Positions 24,646 through 32,000 of a DNA stretch of 32,000 bases are shown here, piece after piece (position 1 is the stretch's first letter; each line of letters opens with the position of its first letter). The notes under the pieces are model-generated. The model had not been told where the DNA came from. It was given only the letters and a program-made list of their open reading frames with translations, and searched no databases. The stretch is from Candidatus Methanophagaceae archaeon. GTDB lineage: Archaea > Halobacteriota > Syntropharchaeia > Alkanophagales > Methanospirareceae. The position numbers and the translations under genes are program-made. The stretch lies in the NCBI GenBank assembly GCA_003194425.1, contig PQXB01000001.1, forward strand, positions 430,444-462,443, written 5' to 3'.

Positions 24646-25456
24646 CGGGACGCTGCTCGACTTGTTTGACTACTCTTACGAGGCTGCGGTTCCGTGTTTG
24701 GAGGCGTTGAAGAAGCAGGGGGTGCCGGTCGTCTTCTGCACCGCGAAGACGCTCGCAGAGAACGAGTACTACCAGAGGGTGTTGGGAGTGAGCGACCCGT
24801 TCATCGTGGAGAACGGCGGTGCGGTCTTCGTTCCCGAGGGCTACTTCTCGTTCGGGTTTGAGGCGGACTGTAAAAAGCGGAGCGGGGAGAGGGGAAATTA
24901 CTGCGTTCTTGAACTCGGTGCTTCGTACGCGGAGCTGCGGCGTGCCTTAAAAGAAATCCGCGAGGAGACCGGGTTCAAAATAACGGGCTTCGGCGACCTG
25001 ACCGCGGAGGAGGTTGCGGCGGACGCGAACTTGAGCGTTGAAATGGCGAGGCTTGCGAAGGCGAAGCAGTACAACGAGAGTTTTATTTTTGACGAGCCCG
25101 AGGAGAAGGAGGCGGTTCTGTTTGCGAAAATCGCGGAGAAGGGGTTTGGTTTCACGCACGGCGGCAGGTACTACAACATTCACGGCAAGAAAGCGGACAA
25201 AGGGAGGGCAGTAAAAATACTCACAGACCTCTTCAAAAAGGAGTACGCAGCGGTCGGCGGCGGAGGAGTGCAGACAGTCGGCGTCGGGGACAGTCAGAAT
25301 GACATTTCAATGCTGAAAGCGGTGGAGCAGCCTGCGGTCGTGAGGAACAAGAAGGGCGGGTGGCTCGAAGTTTCGCTGCCAAACCTCTACAAAGCCGAGG
25401 GCGAGGGAACCGCGGGCTGGGTTGAGGTCGTGAAAAAGTTTTTTGAGGTTACATAA
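24617..25456 (+). CDS. mpgP: mannosyl-3-phosphoglycerate phosphatase (HAD-IIB)
   Basis: ATG 24617 gives MKRVLFTDLDGTLLD (HAD motif I). VVFCTAKT (motif II) and GVGDSQNDISML (motif IV) follow. It lies immediately downstream of mpgS. Confidence 0.85.
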   Translation: MKRVLFTDLDGTLLDLFDYSYEAAVPCLEALKKQGVPVVFCTAKTLAENEYYQRVLGVSDPFIVENGGAVFVPEGYFSFGFEADCKKRSGERGNYCVLELGASYAELRRALKEIREETGFKITGFGDLTAEEVAADANLSVEMARLAKAKQYNESFIFDEPEEKEAVLFAKIAEKGFGFTHGGRYYNIHGKKADKGRAVKILTDLFKKEYAAVGGGGVQTVGVGDSQNDISMLKAVEQPAVVRNKKGGWLEVSLPNLYKAEGEGTAGWVEVVKKFFEVT

Positions 25457-25466
25457 GGTTACATAA
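25447..25466. repeat. 10-bp tandem duplication (ggttacataa x2) containing the mpgP stop codon
   Basis: Copies at 25447..25456 and 25457..25466. The TAA at 25454..25456 is the mpgP stop, and the next gene's ATG is at 25468. Confidence 0.95.
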
Positions 25467-25467
25467 A

Positions 25468-26577
25468 ATGACGTGGAGAGAGGAGCTTAAAAAAGACATT
25501 AGCACTCTTGAGCAGCTCAAGGAGTTCGTAGACCTGACTCCAAAGGAGAAGAGGCAGTTACGAGAAATTACAGAAATCCACCCAATGCGAATTACTCGTT
25601 ATTATTTGTCGCTGATTGACTGGGACGACCCCGACGACCCGATTAGAAAGATGGCAGTTCCGTCAGAGGCGGAGTTGAACCTGTTGGGCAGCTACGACAC
25701 GAGCGGCGAACTGGAGAACACGAAGATGCCGGGGCTGCAGCACAAGTACAGCCAGACCGCCCTGATTTTAGCGACGAACCAATGCTCGACCTACTGCCGT
25801 CACTGCTTTAGGAAACGGCTGGTCGGTCTCTCGAGTGCAGAGATTTTGCAGCGGTTTAACGACGCGGTGAAATACATCGAAAAACACAGCGAGGTTAACA
25901 ACGTGCTCGTGAGCGGTGGCGACCCTTTTGTCCTGCCAACCGCGGTGCTTCGGGAATTTTTAGAGCAGCTCTCAGCAGTCCCGCATTTGAATTTTATAAG
26001 ATTTGGAACCCGCGTTCCCGTCACATTTCCAGAGCGGATTTTGGAGGACGAGGAGTTGTTGCGTCTGTTGGAGGAGAACTCGCGGGCGGAGCGAAGGATT
26101 TATGTGGTAACTCAATTCAACCACCCCCGAGAAATCACGGAGAAAGCCACTGCCGCCGTTGCTCGACTCATTAGCGCTGGCGTGATTCTGAACAACCAGA
26201 CCGTCTTGCTGAAGGGCGTGAACGACGACCCCGCGGTCTTGGCGGAATTGCAGAATAAACTCGTCAGCGTCGGTGTTAATCCTTATTACATTTTTCAATG
26301 CCGACCTGTAAAGCGTGTTAAGAACAATTTTCAAGTGCCGTTGCAGCGGGGCTACGAAATCGTTGAAGCGGCGAAGAAGCGGCTTAACGGGCACAGCAAA
26401 AGGTTTAAATATATTCTCTCGCATCAGAGCGGGAAAATTGAGATTGTGGGAGTTGAGGGAGAGTTTATTTATTTTAAGCACCACCAAGCGAAAGAGCCTG
26501 AAAATATAGGAAAATTGTTTAGACGGCGGTTGAACAAGACTGCTGGGTGGCTGGACGAGTTAGAAGAGGTTGAGTGA
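25468..26577 (+). CDS. KamA-family radical SAM aminomutase (lysine or glutamate 2,3-aminomutase-like)
   Basis: 369 aa. QCSTYCRHCFRKR (CxxxCxxC), VLVSGGDPF, FNHPREIT, NQTVLLKGVNDD and PYYIFQCRPV are present. It contains no repeat insert. Confidence 0.85.
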   Translation: MTWREELKKDISTLEQLKEFVDLTPKEKRQLREITEIHPMRITRYYLSLIDWDDPDDPIRKMAVPSEAELNLLGSYDTSGELENTKMPGLQHKYSQTALILATNQCSTYCRHCFRKRLVGLSSAEILQRFNDAVKYIEKHSEVNNVLVSGGDPFVLPTAVLREFLEQLSAVPHLNFIRFGTRVPVTFPERILEDEELLRLLEENSRAERRIYVVTQFNHPREITEKATAAVARLISAGVILNNQTVLLKGVNDDPAVLAELQNKLVSVGVNPYYIFQCRPVKRVKNNFQVPLQRGYEIVEAAKKRLNGHSKRFKYILSHQSGKIEIVGVEGEFIYFKHHQAKEPENIGKLFRRRLNKTAGWLDELEEVE

Positions 26578-26593
26578 GAGAGGGAAATCTAAA

Positions 26594-29500
26594 ATGAGAA
26601 ACGAAATGCGAGGGGGAGACAAAGAGGGAGGAGCGAAAGAGGGAGGAGCGAAAGAGGGAGGAGCGAAAGAGGGAGGGAAAGAAGGTGAAATGAGAGAAGA
26701 GGGCGAAGGAGGAGTAGAAGGAAAAGAGACGATTTACTTGGTTCCGCACACGCACTACGACGCGATTTGGGCGTTCACGAAGGAGGATTATTTTCACATA
26801 AATATGGTTTTGATTTTGCAGGAGGTGGTCGAGCTTGTAGAAAAGAAAGATTACAAGTTCCTGATTGAGCAGACATTTCTGCTGGAAGAGTTGGAGAGGC
26901 GGTACCCGGGGGTGTTTGCGAAGGTTGCGAAGGGGGTGAAGGAGGGAAAGATTGAGATTGCCGACGGCGAGTATTTGATGGCGGACACGATGCTGCCCGA
27001 GGGGGAGACGCTGATAAGGGAGATTTTTGAGGGGAAGAAATATGTAAAGGAGAAGTTTGGGAAGGAGGTGCCGGTAATGTGGCAGGCGGACAGCTTTGGT
27101 CTGAACGCGCAACTGCCGCAGATTTACAAGAAATCGGGCTACAAATATGTCGCTTTCCGGCGGGGGGTGACGAAGAGGAAACCGTCGGAGTTCTACTGGG
27201 CGGCTCTGGACGGGACGCGGATTTTGGCTCACTGGATGCCGCTGGGCTACCGGGCAGGGCTGGACTTGACGAAGTTGGAGGAGAGTTACGCGAAGTTGAA
27301 GGAGGTTGCGGCGACCTCGCAGATTTTAATGCCGTCTGGCAGTGGCGTTACGGTGCCGCAGCCAGAGACCGCAGAGGTCGTGCGGGCGTGGAACGAGGCG
27401 GCGAAGGGAGCAGGACTGGGAGCAGGACTGGGAGCAGGACTGGGAGCAGGAGCAGGGAAAGGAGCAGTGCAGGGAGCGGGACAGGGAGGAGGAGCAGGAC
27501 AGGGAGCAGGGAAAGGAGCAGTGCAGGTTGGGGGGGAGAGAGCGGAAATGAAAGTAGCGACGCCGAGCGAGTTCTTTGAAGCGCTGGAGAGGGAGGTGGC
27601 GGAGCGGAAGATTGAGTTGGAGGTCAGGCGGGGGGAAATGTATTCGGGGCGGTTTTCAGAGGTCTTTCCGAGTTGCTGCTCGAGCAGGATGTGGATAAAA
27701 CAGGAGCTCAGCGAGTACGAGTGTTGGCTGCTCTGCTGCGAGCGGTGGAGCACCGTAAACTACCTCCTGAACAACCCCTACGTCGAGGAAGAGGCGAGGA
27801 ACTGCTGGCGTAAGATTTTGTACATCGCTTTTCACGATGTCGCACCTGGAACCGGAATGGACGAGGGCTACGAGGAGGTGCGGCAGTTCCGTAACTTCTT
27901 AAACACCGAAATGACCACTCGCTGCCACCGCACGCAGAATCAGGTGATTGAAAGCGAGTCAGAGGACGGAGAGAGAAAGGGGGACGGAGAGAGAAAGGGG
28001 GACGGAGAGAGAAAGGGGGAGAAGGGAGTGAAGAAGGAGGACAAGGAAAAGGAACTCCGAAAGCAATTCTTGATGACGCACGGCTACGGTGACATAATGG
28101 TTTTTAACTCGCTCTCGTGCGAAATGCGGAACTGGGTGGAGATGGATTTGAACTTTGACCGCGGGCAGGTGGTCGCGATTGGCGGGCTAAAGAGTGGTGA
28201 AGAGGAAATCGGGGTGGAGGTGCTAAAATTTGCGAGGTACGCGGACGACTCGTTGCGGTCTGCGAGGATTGGGTTCGTGCCTACGGTTCCTGCGATGGGC
28301 TACAAGATTTATAAAATCCTTGAGCGAAAGCCTAAGCAGTCTCGTTTTGATCCTAATTTTCTGATGACTCGCGGGAACACGATTGAGAACCGTTTCTTTG
28401 GCGTGGAGGTGGACCCTGCCACGGGGTTGGTTGATATTTTTTTCGGGCGTGGGCAGAAGGGAGAGACGGAGCAGGAGCGGATTTGCACTGCGAACGAACT
28501 CGTGCTTGAGGAAGAGACCGGCGACCTTTACTACCACCGAGAGACCTTGCGCGGTCCGCTGAAGAGTGAGACTGGGGAAGGGGTGAAGTACGGCTCGTTC
28601 AGGGTGGAGGATTTCAAGATTGAGGAGAGCCCGCTGCGGCATGTTGTAAGTATTGAGACAGATTATTTTTCACTGCGTTGGCCGTACAGGCTGACCGAGA
28701 AGAAAGAGCCGCTTATTTGGCGGCACAAATTCTTGAAGTGCTCGAAGAAAATTATCGTTTACAAGGACCTTCCGAGAATTGATTTCGTTACAGAAGTAGA
28801 GGACAAGCACCCGCGGGCACGGCTCAGGGTCAAGTTCAGCACGGACATAAAATCGCTGACCTACACTTGCGGAGCGCAGTTTGGCGTTGTTTCACGACCG
28901 ACCGACCAGTGGGGCTTTGAGCCAAAAGAGGCGTGGGTGGAGAAGCCGTGCGGGACATTTCCGTCGCTGAAATGGCTTGATTTCTCTGACGGTCGGAAGG
29001 GCTTGACTGTGCTTCACAGGGGGCTGCCGGAGAACGAGGTGCGAGACGGGAATGTTTATTTGACGCTGCTACGAAGCGTTTCAATGCTCTCCTCGGACGG
29101 CAAGACCGGTCCTGCAATTCCAGTTCCAGACGCGCAGGAGTTGCGGAAGTACGTCTTTAGGTACTCGATTTACCCGCACAGGGGAGATTGGCGTGAAGCG
29201 GCGTCCTACAAGCACGCTCTCGAGTTCAACTACCATTTGGACGCAGTGCAGCTGCGTGAAGAGAAGAAACTTCCTCTAGAACGGTCTTTTCTGAAAATAG
29301 AACCGGAGAGCGTCGTTCTCTCAGCGCTGAAGAAAGCGGAGGCGGGAGACGAGGTGGTGCTGAGATTTTACGAGACGAAAGGCGAGGAGACGGACGCTGA
29401 AATAACTCTCTTCAAGGCGCCAAAATCGGTCAAGGTGGTGAATATGCTCGAAGAAGAGGTGGCAGGGAAAGGCGTGGCAGGGAAAGGCGTGGCAGGGAAA

Positions 29501-29638
29501 GGCGTGGCAGGGAAAGGCGTGGCAGGGAAGGGGAGAGAGGAGGAGGAGTGGATGAAAAAGGAGTTGAGAGTAGGGGGTAGAAAGATAGAATTGACGGTGA
29601 AGCCTTTTGAGATTGTTACTTTGAAGATGAAGTTTTGA
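26594..29638 (+). CDS. glycoside hydrolase family 38 alpha-mannosidase-like enzyme carrying four separate repeat arrays
   Basis: The GH38 catalytic N-domain has LVPHTHYDAIW and MWQADSFGLNAQLP, with central and C-terminal beta domains. Start candidates are ATG 26594 (includes the GGAKE repeats) or ATG 26690 (MREEGEGGVEGKETIYLVPHTHYD). The track start TTG 26570 overlaps the upstream stop. Confidence 0.85.
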   Translation: MRNEMRGGDKEGGAKEGGAKEGGAKEGGKEGEMREEGEGGVEGKETIYLVPHTHYDAIWAFTKEDYFHINMVLILQEVVELVEKKDYKFLIEQTFLLEELERRYPGVFAKVAKGVKEGKIEIADGEYLMADTMLPEGETLIREIFEGKKYVKEKFGKEVPVMWQADSFGLNAQLPQIYKKSGYKYVAFRRGVTKRKPSEFYWAALDGTRILAHWMPLGYRAGLDLTKLEESYAKLKEVAATSQILMPSGSGVTVPQPETAEVVRAWNEAAKGAGLGAGLGAGLGAGAGKGAVQGAGQGGGAGQGAGKGAVQVGGERAEMKVATPSEFFEALEREVAERKIELEVRRGEMYSGRFSEVFPSCCSSRMWIKQELSEYECWLLCCERWSTVNYLLNNPYVEEEARNCWRKILYIAFHDVAPGTGMDEGYEEVRQFRNFLNTEMTTRCHRTQNQVIESESEDGERKGDGERKGDGERKGEKGVKKEDKEKELRKQFLMTHGYGDIMVFNSLSCEMRNWVEMDLNFDRGQVVAIGGLKSGEEEIGVEVLKFARYADDSLRSARIGFVPTVPAMGYKIYKILERKPKQSRFDPNFLMTRGNTIENRFFGVEVDPATGLVDIFFGRGQKGETEQERICTANELVLEEETGDLYYHRETLRGPLKSETGEGVKYGSFRVEDFKIEESPLRHVVSIETDYFSLRWPYRLTEKKEPLIWRHKFLKCSKKIIVYKDLPRIDFVTEVEDKHPRARLRVKFSTDIKSLTYTCGAQFGVVSRPTDQWGFEPKEAWVEKPCGTFPSLKWLDFSDGRKGLTVLHRGLPENEVRDGNVYLTLLRSVSMLSSDGKTGPAIPVPDAQELRKYVFRYSIYPHRGDWREAASYKHALEFNYHLDAVQLREEKKLPLERSFLKIEPESVVLSALKKAEAGDEVVLRFYETKGEETDAEITLFKAPKSVKVVNMLEEEVAGKGVAGKGVAGKGVAGKGVAGKGREEEEWMKKELRVGGRKIELTVKPFEIVTLKMKF
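26626..26670. repeat. 15-bp repeat x3 perfect (gggaggagcgaaaga; GGAKE) at the GH38 5-prime end
   Basis: Identical copies at 26626, 26641 and 26656. The tract is either an N-terminal extension or 5-prime UTR, depending on the start used. Confidence 0.95.
27407..27530. repeat. in-frame repeats in GH38: 12 bp x3 perfect (ggagcaggactg; GAGL), then a 24-nt block repeated at a 54-bp spacing
   Basis: The 12-mers sit at 27407, 27419 and 27431. gagcagggaaaggagcagtgcagg occurs at 27450 and again at 27504. Confidence 0.9.
27964..28017. repeat. in-frame 18-bp repeat x3 perfect (ggacggagagagaaaggg; DGERKG) in GH38
   Basis: Identical copies at 27964, 27982 and 28000. Confidence 0.95.
29459..29533. repeat. 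in-frame 15-bp repeat x4 perfect plus one degenerate copy (gtggcagggaaaggc; VAGKG) in GH38
   Basis: Identical copies at 29459, 29474, 29489 and 29504, with a degenerate copy at 29519. Confidence 0.95.
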
Positions 29639-29657
29639 GGAGGCGAAAATATGAGAA

Positions 29658-29819
29658 ATGGTAAGCGGAAATGTAGCGTTTGCGTCCCACAAAGGAGGAA
29701 CAGGCAAGACAACCTCCTGCATAAACATCTCCGGATTCCTTGCACTCTGGGATAAAAAAAAGGAGAAGAAAGGAGAGAAAGAGGAGAAGGAGGGGGAGAA
29801 AGACGAGAAGGAGGGGTAG
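29658..29819 (+). pseudogene. remnant of a ParA/MinD-family P-loop ATPase gene (only the first 30 or so codons, then low-complexity sequence and a stop)
   Basis: Manual translation gives [53 protein letters not shown], then a stop at 29817..29819. KGGTGKTT is the deviant Walker A of ParA/MinD ATPases. Everything after about residue 31 is purine-repeat sequence. It is below the track size cutoff. Confidence 0.6.
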
Positions 29820-29847
29820 AGAGGAGTAGAGAGAAAGATGGGGAGGA
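29813..29847. repeat. first copy of a 35-bp dispersed direct repeat bracketing the first chemoreceptor gene
   Basis: ggggtagagaggagtagagagaaagatggggagga at 29813..29847 is identical to 31510..31544. Each copy ends with ATGGGGAGGA, i.e. a start codon plus two codons and the first two bases of a third. Confidence 0.95.
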
Positions 29848-29866
29848 AACGTACAGAGAGAGGCAG

Positions 29867-31516
29867 TTGAGAGGCTTGTTAGAAGCTTTGAACGCTTTTA
29901 GGAACGGCGACTTGACAACAAGACTGCCAAAAGAGCGGTACGATTTATACGGCGAGCTGGCAGACGCGTACAACAAAATGGCAGAGACAGTGGGCGGTGT
30001 TACGACAGAAATGAGCCGAGTGGCAAAGGTCGCAGGCACAGAGGGAAAACTGACCGAGCGGGCGTTAGTTCCCGGTGTCGCAGGCAGCTGGAAAGAGATT
30101 GTCGAGTCCTTAAACGGCTTAATTTACACCGTCGCAGAATTCACGCTCGAGATGAGGAGAATCCTCGACAACATCTCCAAGGGCAACTTGACCGAGAAAT
30201 TTGCAATGCCCGTAGCAGGCGACTTCAGAATAATGTCTGACACTGTCAATAAAACAGTCGACAGCTTCAATCTAATCGGCAGCGAAGTGTCACGGGTGAC
30301 GAGGGAAGTAGGAGTAGAAGGGAAGCTCGGTGCAAAAGGGGAAGTTCCGGGTGTCGCGGGTGCCTGGAAGGAGCTGACAAATAATGTGAACACTCTCTCT
30401 GCAAACCTAAAGATTCAGGTTGGAGACATTGCAAAGGTAGCCACCGCGTTAGCCAACGGCGACCTTACACAGAAAATCACTGCAGAAGCAAAAGGCGAGA
30501 TCCTGCAGCTCAAGGAGACGATCAACAGTATGGTCGACAGCCTCAACGTCCTCGTTGCTCGGGTTCGGGATTCCGCTACTACTGTCGCCTCCTCAGCTCA
30601 GGGCATTGCAGCCTCGGGCACCGAAATGAGCACCTCCACGATGCAGGTAGCAGCCTCAGTGCAGCAAATCGCAAAGGGCGCGCAGGATCAGGCAGAGAAG
30701 ACAGACGCGGTCTCCAAGTCCGCAGAGCAGATTTCAAAGGCTGCTACCGAGGTCGCCGAGCGGGCAGACGAAGTGAACAAGGCGGCATTTGCTGCTGATA
30801 AAAGTGCCCAGGCAGGTCTTAAAACCGTGGACGAGGTCGTTAAAAGTATGCAGGGAATTTCAGAGGTGGCAGAGGCGACCTCGACAACAGTCGAGACGAT
30901 GACGCAGCGTGGGGAGGAGATCGCAAAAATACTGGATGTTATCACAGACATCGCGTCGCAGACGAACCTGCTTGCACTGAACGCCGCGATTGAGGCTGCG
31001 AGGGCTGGCGAGGCTGGCAGGGGCTTCGCAGTAGTCGCAGAAGAAATCCGCAAACTCGCCGAGAACAGCAGAATCTCTGCAGGCGAGATCGCGGAACTTG
31101 TGAAGTCAATCCAGAAGGAGACCGTCTCTGCTTCAAAGGCTGCGAAGACAATGACAGAGAGCGTGACCGCGGGCAGGGAAGCGACGAACAAGTCCTCTGC
31201 GGCTCTCGATAACATCTTGTTTACAATGAAGCAGACCGCAAAGACAGCGAAAGCGATTTCAGAAGCAGCAGCACAACAGAGAACGAGCATTGAGTCGGTC
31301 GTGAAGCGAGTGGAAGAGGTCTCAACGATTGCAGAGGAGACGGCGGCGGGTTCTGAAGAATCTTCTGCCTCTGCACACGAACTGACCTCTGCGATGGGGG
31401 AGCTCACCGCCTCGGGTCAGGAGCTGGTAAAAATCGCCGCAGAACTCCTCGACGCCGTGGCAATCTTCAAACTCGCCGGTAAAACTGTGTGTAGAAGAGA
31501 GGGTAGAGAGGGGTAG
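29867..31516 (+). CDS. methyl-accepting chemotaxis protein, poly-HAMP, lacking any transmembrane or sensor N-terminus (start uncertain)
   Basis: The signalling domain has [41 protein letters not shown]. Upstream are several HAMP-like modules (NGDLTTRL..., [57 protein letters not shown]). The only start ahead of the first HAMP is TTG 29867, and the first in-frame ATG is codon 38. Confidence 0.8.
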   Translation: MRGLLEALNAFRNGDLTTRLPKERYDLYGELADAYNKMAETVGGVTTEMSRVAKVAGTEGKLTERALVPGVAGSWKEIVESLNGLIYTVAEFTLEMRRILDNISKGNLTEKFAMPVAGDFRIMSDTVNKTVDSFNLIGSEVSRVTREVGVEGKLGAKGEVPGVAGAWKELTNNVNTLSANLKIQVGDIAKVATALANGDLTQKITAEAKGEILQLKETINSMVDSLNVLVARVRDSATTVASSAQGIAASGTEMSTSTMQVAASVQQIAKGAQDQAEKTDAVSKSAEQISKAATEVAERADEVNKAAFAADKSAQAGLKTVDEVVKSMQGISEVAEATSTTVETMTQRGEEIAKILDVITDIASQTNLLALNAAIEAARAGEAGRGFAVVAEEIRKLAENSRISAGEIAELVKSIQKETVSASKAAKTMTESVTAGREATNKSSAALDNILFTMKQTAKTAKAISEAAAQQRTSIESVVKRVEEVSTIAEETAAGSEESSASAHELTSAMGELTASGQELVKIAAELLDAVAIFKLAGKTVCRREGREG

Positions 31517-31544
31517 AGAGGAGTAGAGAGAAAGATGGGGAGGA
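31501..31544. repeat. 10-bp repeat x3 (gggtagagag, gggtagagag, gagtagagag) overlapping the second copy of the 35-bp repeat
   Basis: It contains the stop of the first chemoreceptor gene (TAG 31514..31516) and the start of the second (ATG 31535). Confidence 0.9.
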
Positions 31545-32000
31545 GAGTAAGAAAAGGAGAACAGAAAGAGAAATACAAAATCGTACTAATCGCAGCCCTT
31601 TTAGGCGTTTGCTGCTTTCTTACTTATTATTTTTATGTGGTTCTCTCAACAGGCGTTGTCTTTACCCACTTCTTTTACATTCCAATCATTTTAGCAGCGC
31701 TGTGGTGGGGAAGAAAAGGAACAGTTGTAGCGATTTTTTTAGCCTTCTTGATAATTTTCAGTCACTTTTACTGCCACTTCTTTCTCAAAACAGGCGTGGA
31801 GACAATTTATGATTTGATTCGTGCTCCGATGTTTGTAATTATTTCTTTTATATTGGGTGTTTTAAGTGAGCGGATTGCGAAGATGGTTGAAAGCCTCAAC
31901 GCAATTGGCAGCGAAGTAGCAAGGGTAGCAAGAGAAGTAGGAGAAGAAGGAAATCTTGGCGTGCAGGGAGAGGTGCCGGGTGTCGAGGGAATTTGGAAGG
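31535..32000 (+). CDS. membrane-anchored chemoreceptor/HAMP-repeat transducer (partial; continues past the window end)
   Basis: Open-ended, so absent from the ORF track. Manual translation gives MGRRVRKGEQKEKYKIVLIAALLGVCCFLTYYFYVVLSTGVVFTHFFYIPIILAALWWGRKGTVVAIFLAFLIIFSHFYCHFF...MFVIISFILGVLSERIAKMVESLNAIGSEVARVAREVGEEGNLGVQGEVPGVEGIWK. It has 3-4 predicted TM helices, followed by the same GSEVxRVxREVGxEGxLG...VPGVxGxWK module seen in the upstream gene. Confidence 0.7.
   Translation, partial: MGRRVRKGEQKEKYKIVLIAALLGVCCFLTYYFYVVLSTGVVFTHFFYIPIILAALWWGRKGTVVAIFLAFLIIFSHFYCHFFLKTGVETIYDLIRAPMFVIISFILGVLSERIAKMVESLNAIGSEVARVAREVGEEGNLGVQGEVPGVEGIWK

Noticed and set aside
26519-27232. Minus-strand ORF 26519..27232 (237 aa)
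   Set aside because: It is antisense to the KamA 3-prime end and the GH38 catalytic N-domain. It is a low-complexity L/R/P/F-rich translation, including repeat-derived SLFRSSLFRSSLFRSSLF.
29368-30039. Minus-strand ORF 29368..30039 (223 aa) spanning the GH38 end, the ParA stub and the receptor start
   Set aside because: It is kept open by pyrimidine-rich antisense of the purine repeats (PFPATPFPATPFPAT), crosses three unrelated sense-strand features, and has no domain signature.
30688-31407. Minus-strand ORF 30688..31407 (239 aa)
   Set aside because: It is the typical A/S-rich antisense shadow of a chemoreceptor signalling domain. The sense strand carries the invariant [27 protein letters not shown] motif.

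Overview
Core chromosomal segment of an archaeon. Sense strands are purine-loaded and the sequence is moderately GC-rich by eye (not computed). I call 31 protein genes or gene fragments and 4 intron-less tRNAs (Gln-CUG, Trp-CCA, Ser-UGA, Ala-CGC).

Gene content by function:
- Replication and information processing: MCM, L15e, LSm plus L37e, aIF2-beta, L21e, proteasome alpha, SBDS, and an Upf1/IGHMBP2-like SF1 helicase.
- Biosynthesis: pheA (partial), aroA, a solitary trpA, moaA, and an Asn-synthase-like/Dph6-like/MoaB triple-domain ORF.
- Membrane and transport: SecD and a MacB-type ABC pair.
- DNA modification: an orphan beta-class N4/N6 DNA methyltransferase.
- MCR accessory genes: atwA (component A2) and mcrC, preceded by a small SAM methyltransferase. 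These mark the host as a methanogen, ANME or alkanotroph-type euryarchaeon.
- Compatible solutes: a mannosylglycerate cluster of mpgS, mpgP, a KamA-family radical SAM aminomutase and a GH38 mannosidase. This suggests a thermophile.
- Chemotaxis: two tandem chemoreceptor genes behind a decayed ParA/MinD gene stub.

I saw no CRISPR array, transposase, integrase or rRNA.

The standout signal is not a gene cluster but a sequence behaviour. More than 25 short, mostly perfect tandem-repeat arrays are scattered through the 32 kb.
- Inside genes the unit length is always a multiple of 3 (6, 9, 12, 15, 18, 36 bp). The arrays add E/K/G/R/A/S low-complexity inserts to otherwise highly conserved proteins: MCM, L15e, proteasome alpha, MoaA, MpgS, an ABC ATPase, and four separate arrays in the GH38 enzyme.
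- Between genes the units are 8, 10, 11, 13 or 23 bp. Several of these duplicate a stop codon or fill the whole spacer from stop to start.
- One array bridges two genes into a single reading frame.

Functional calls rest on motifs I recognise by eye. No database search was possible.
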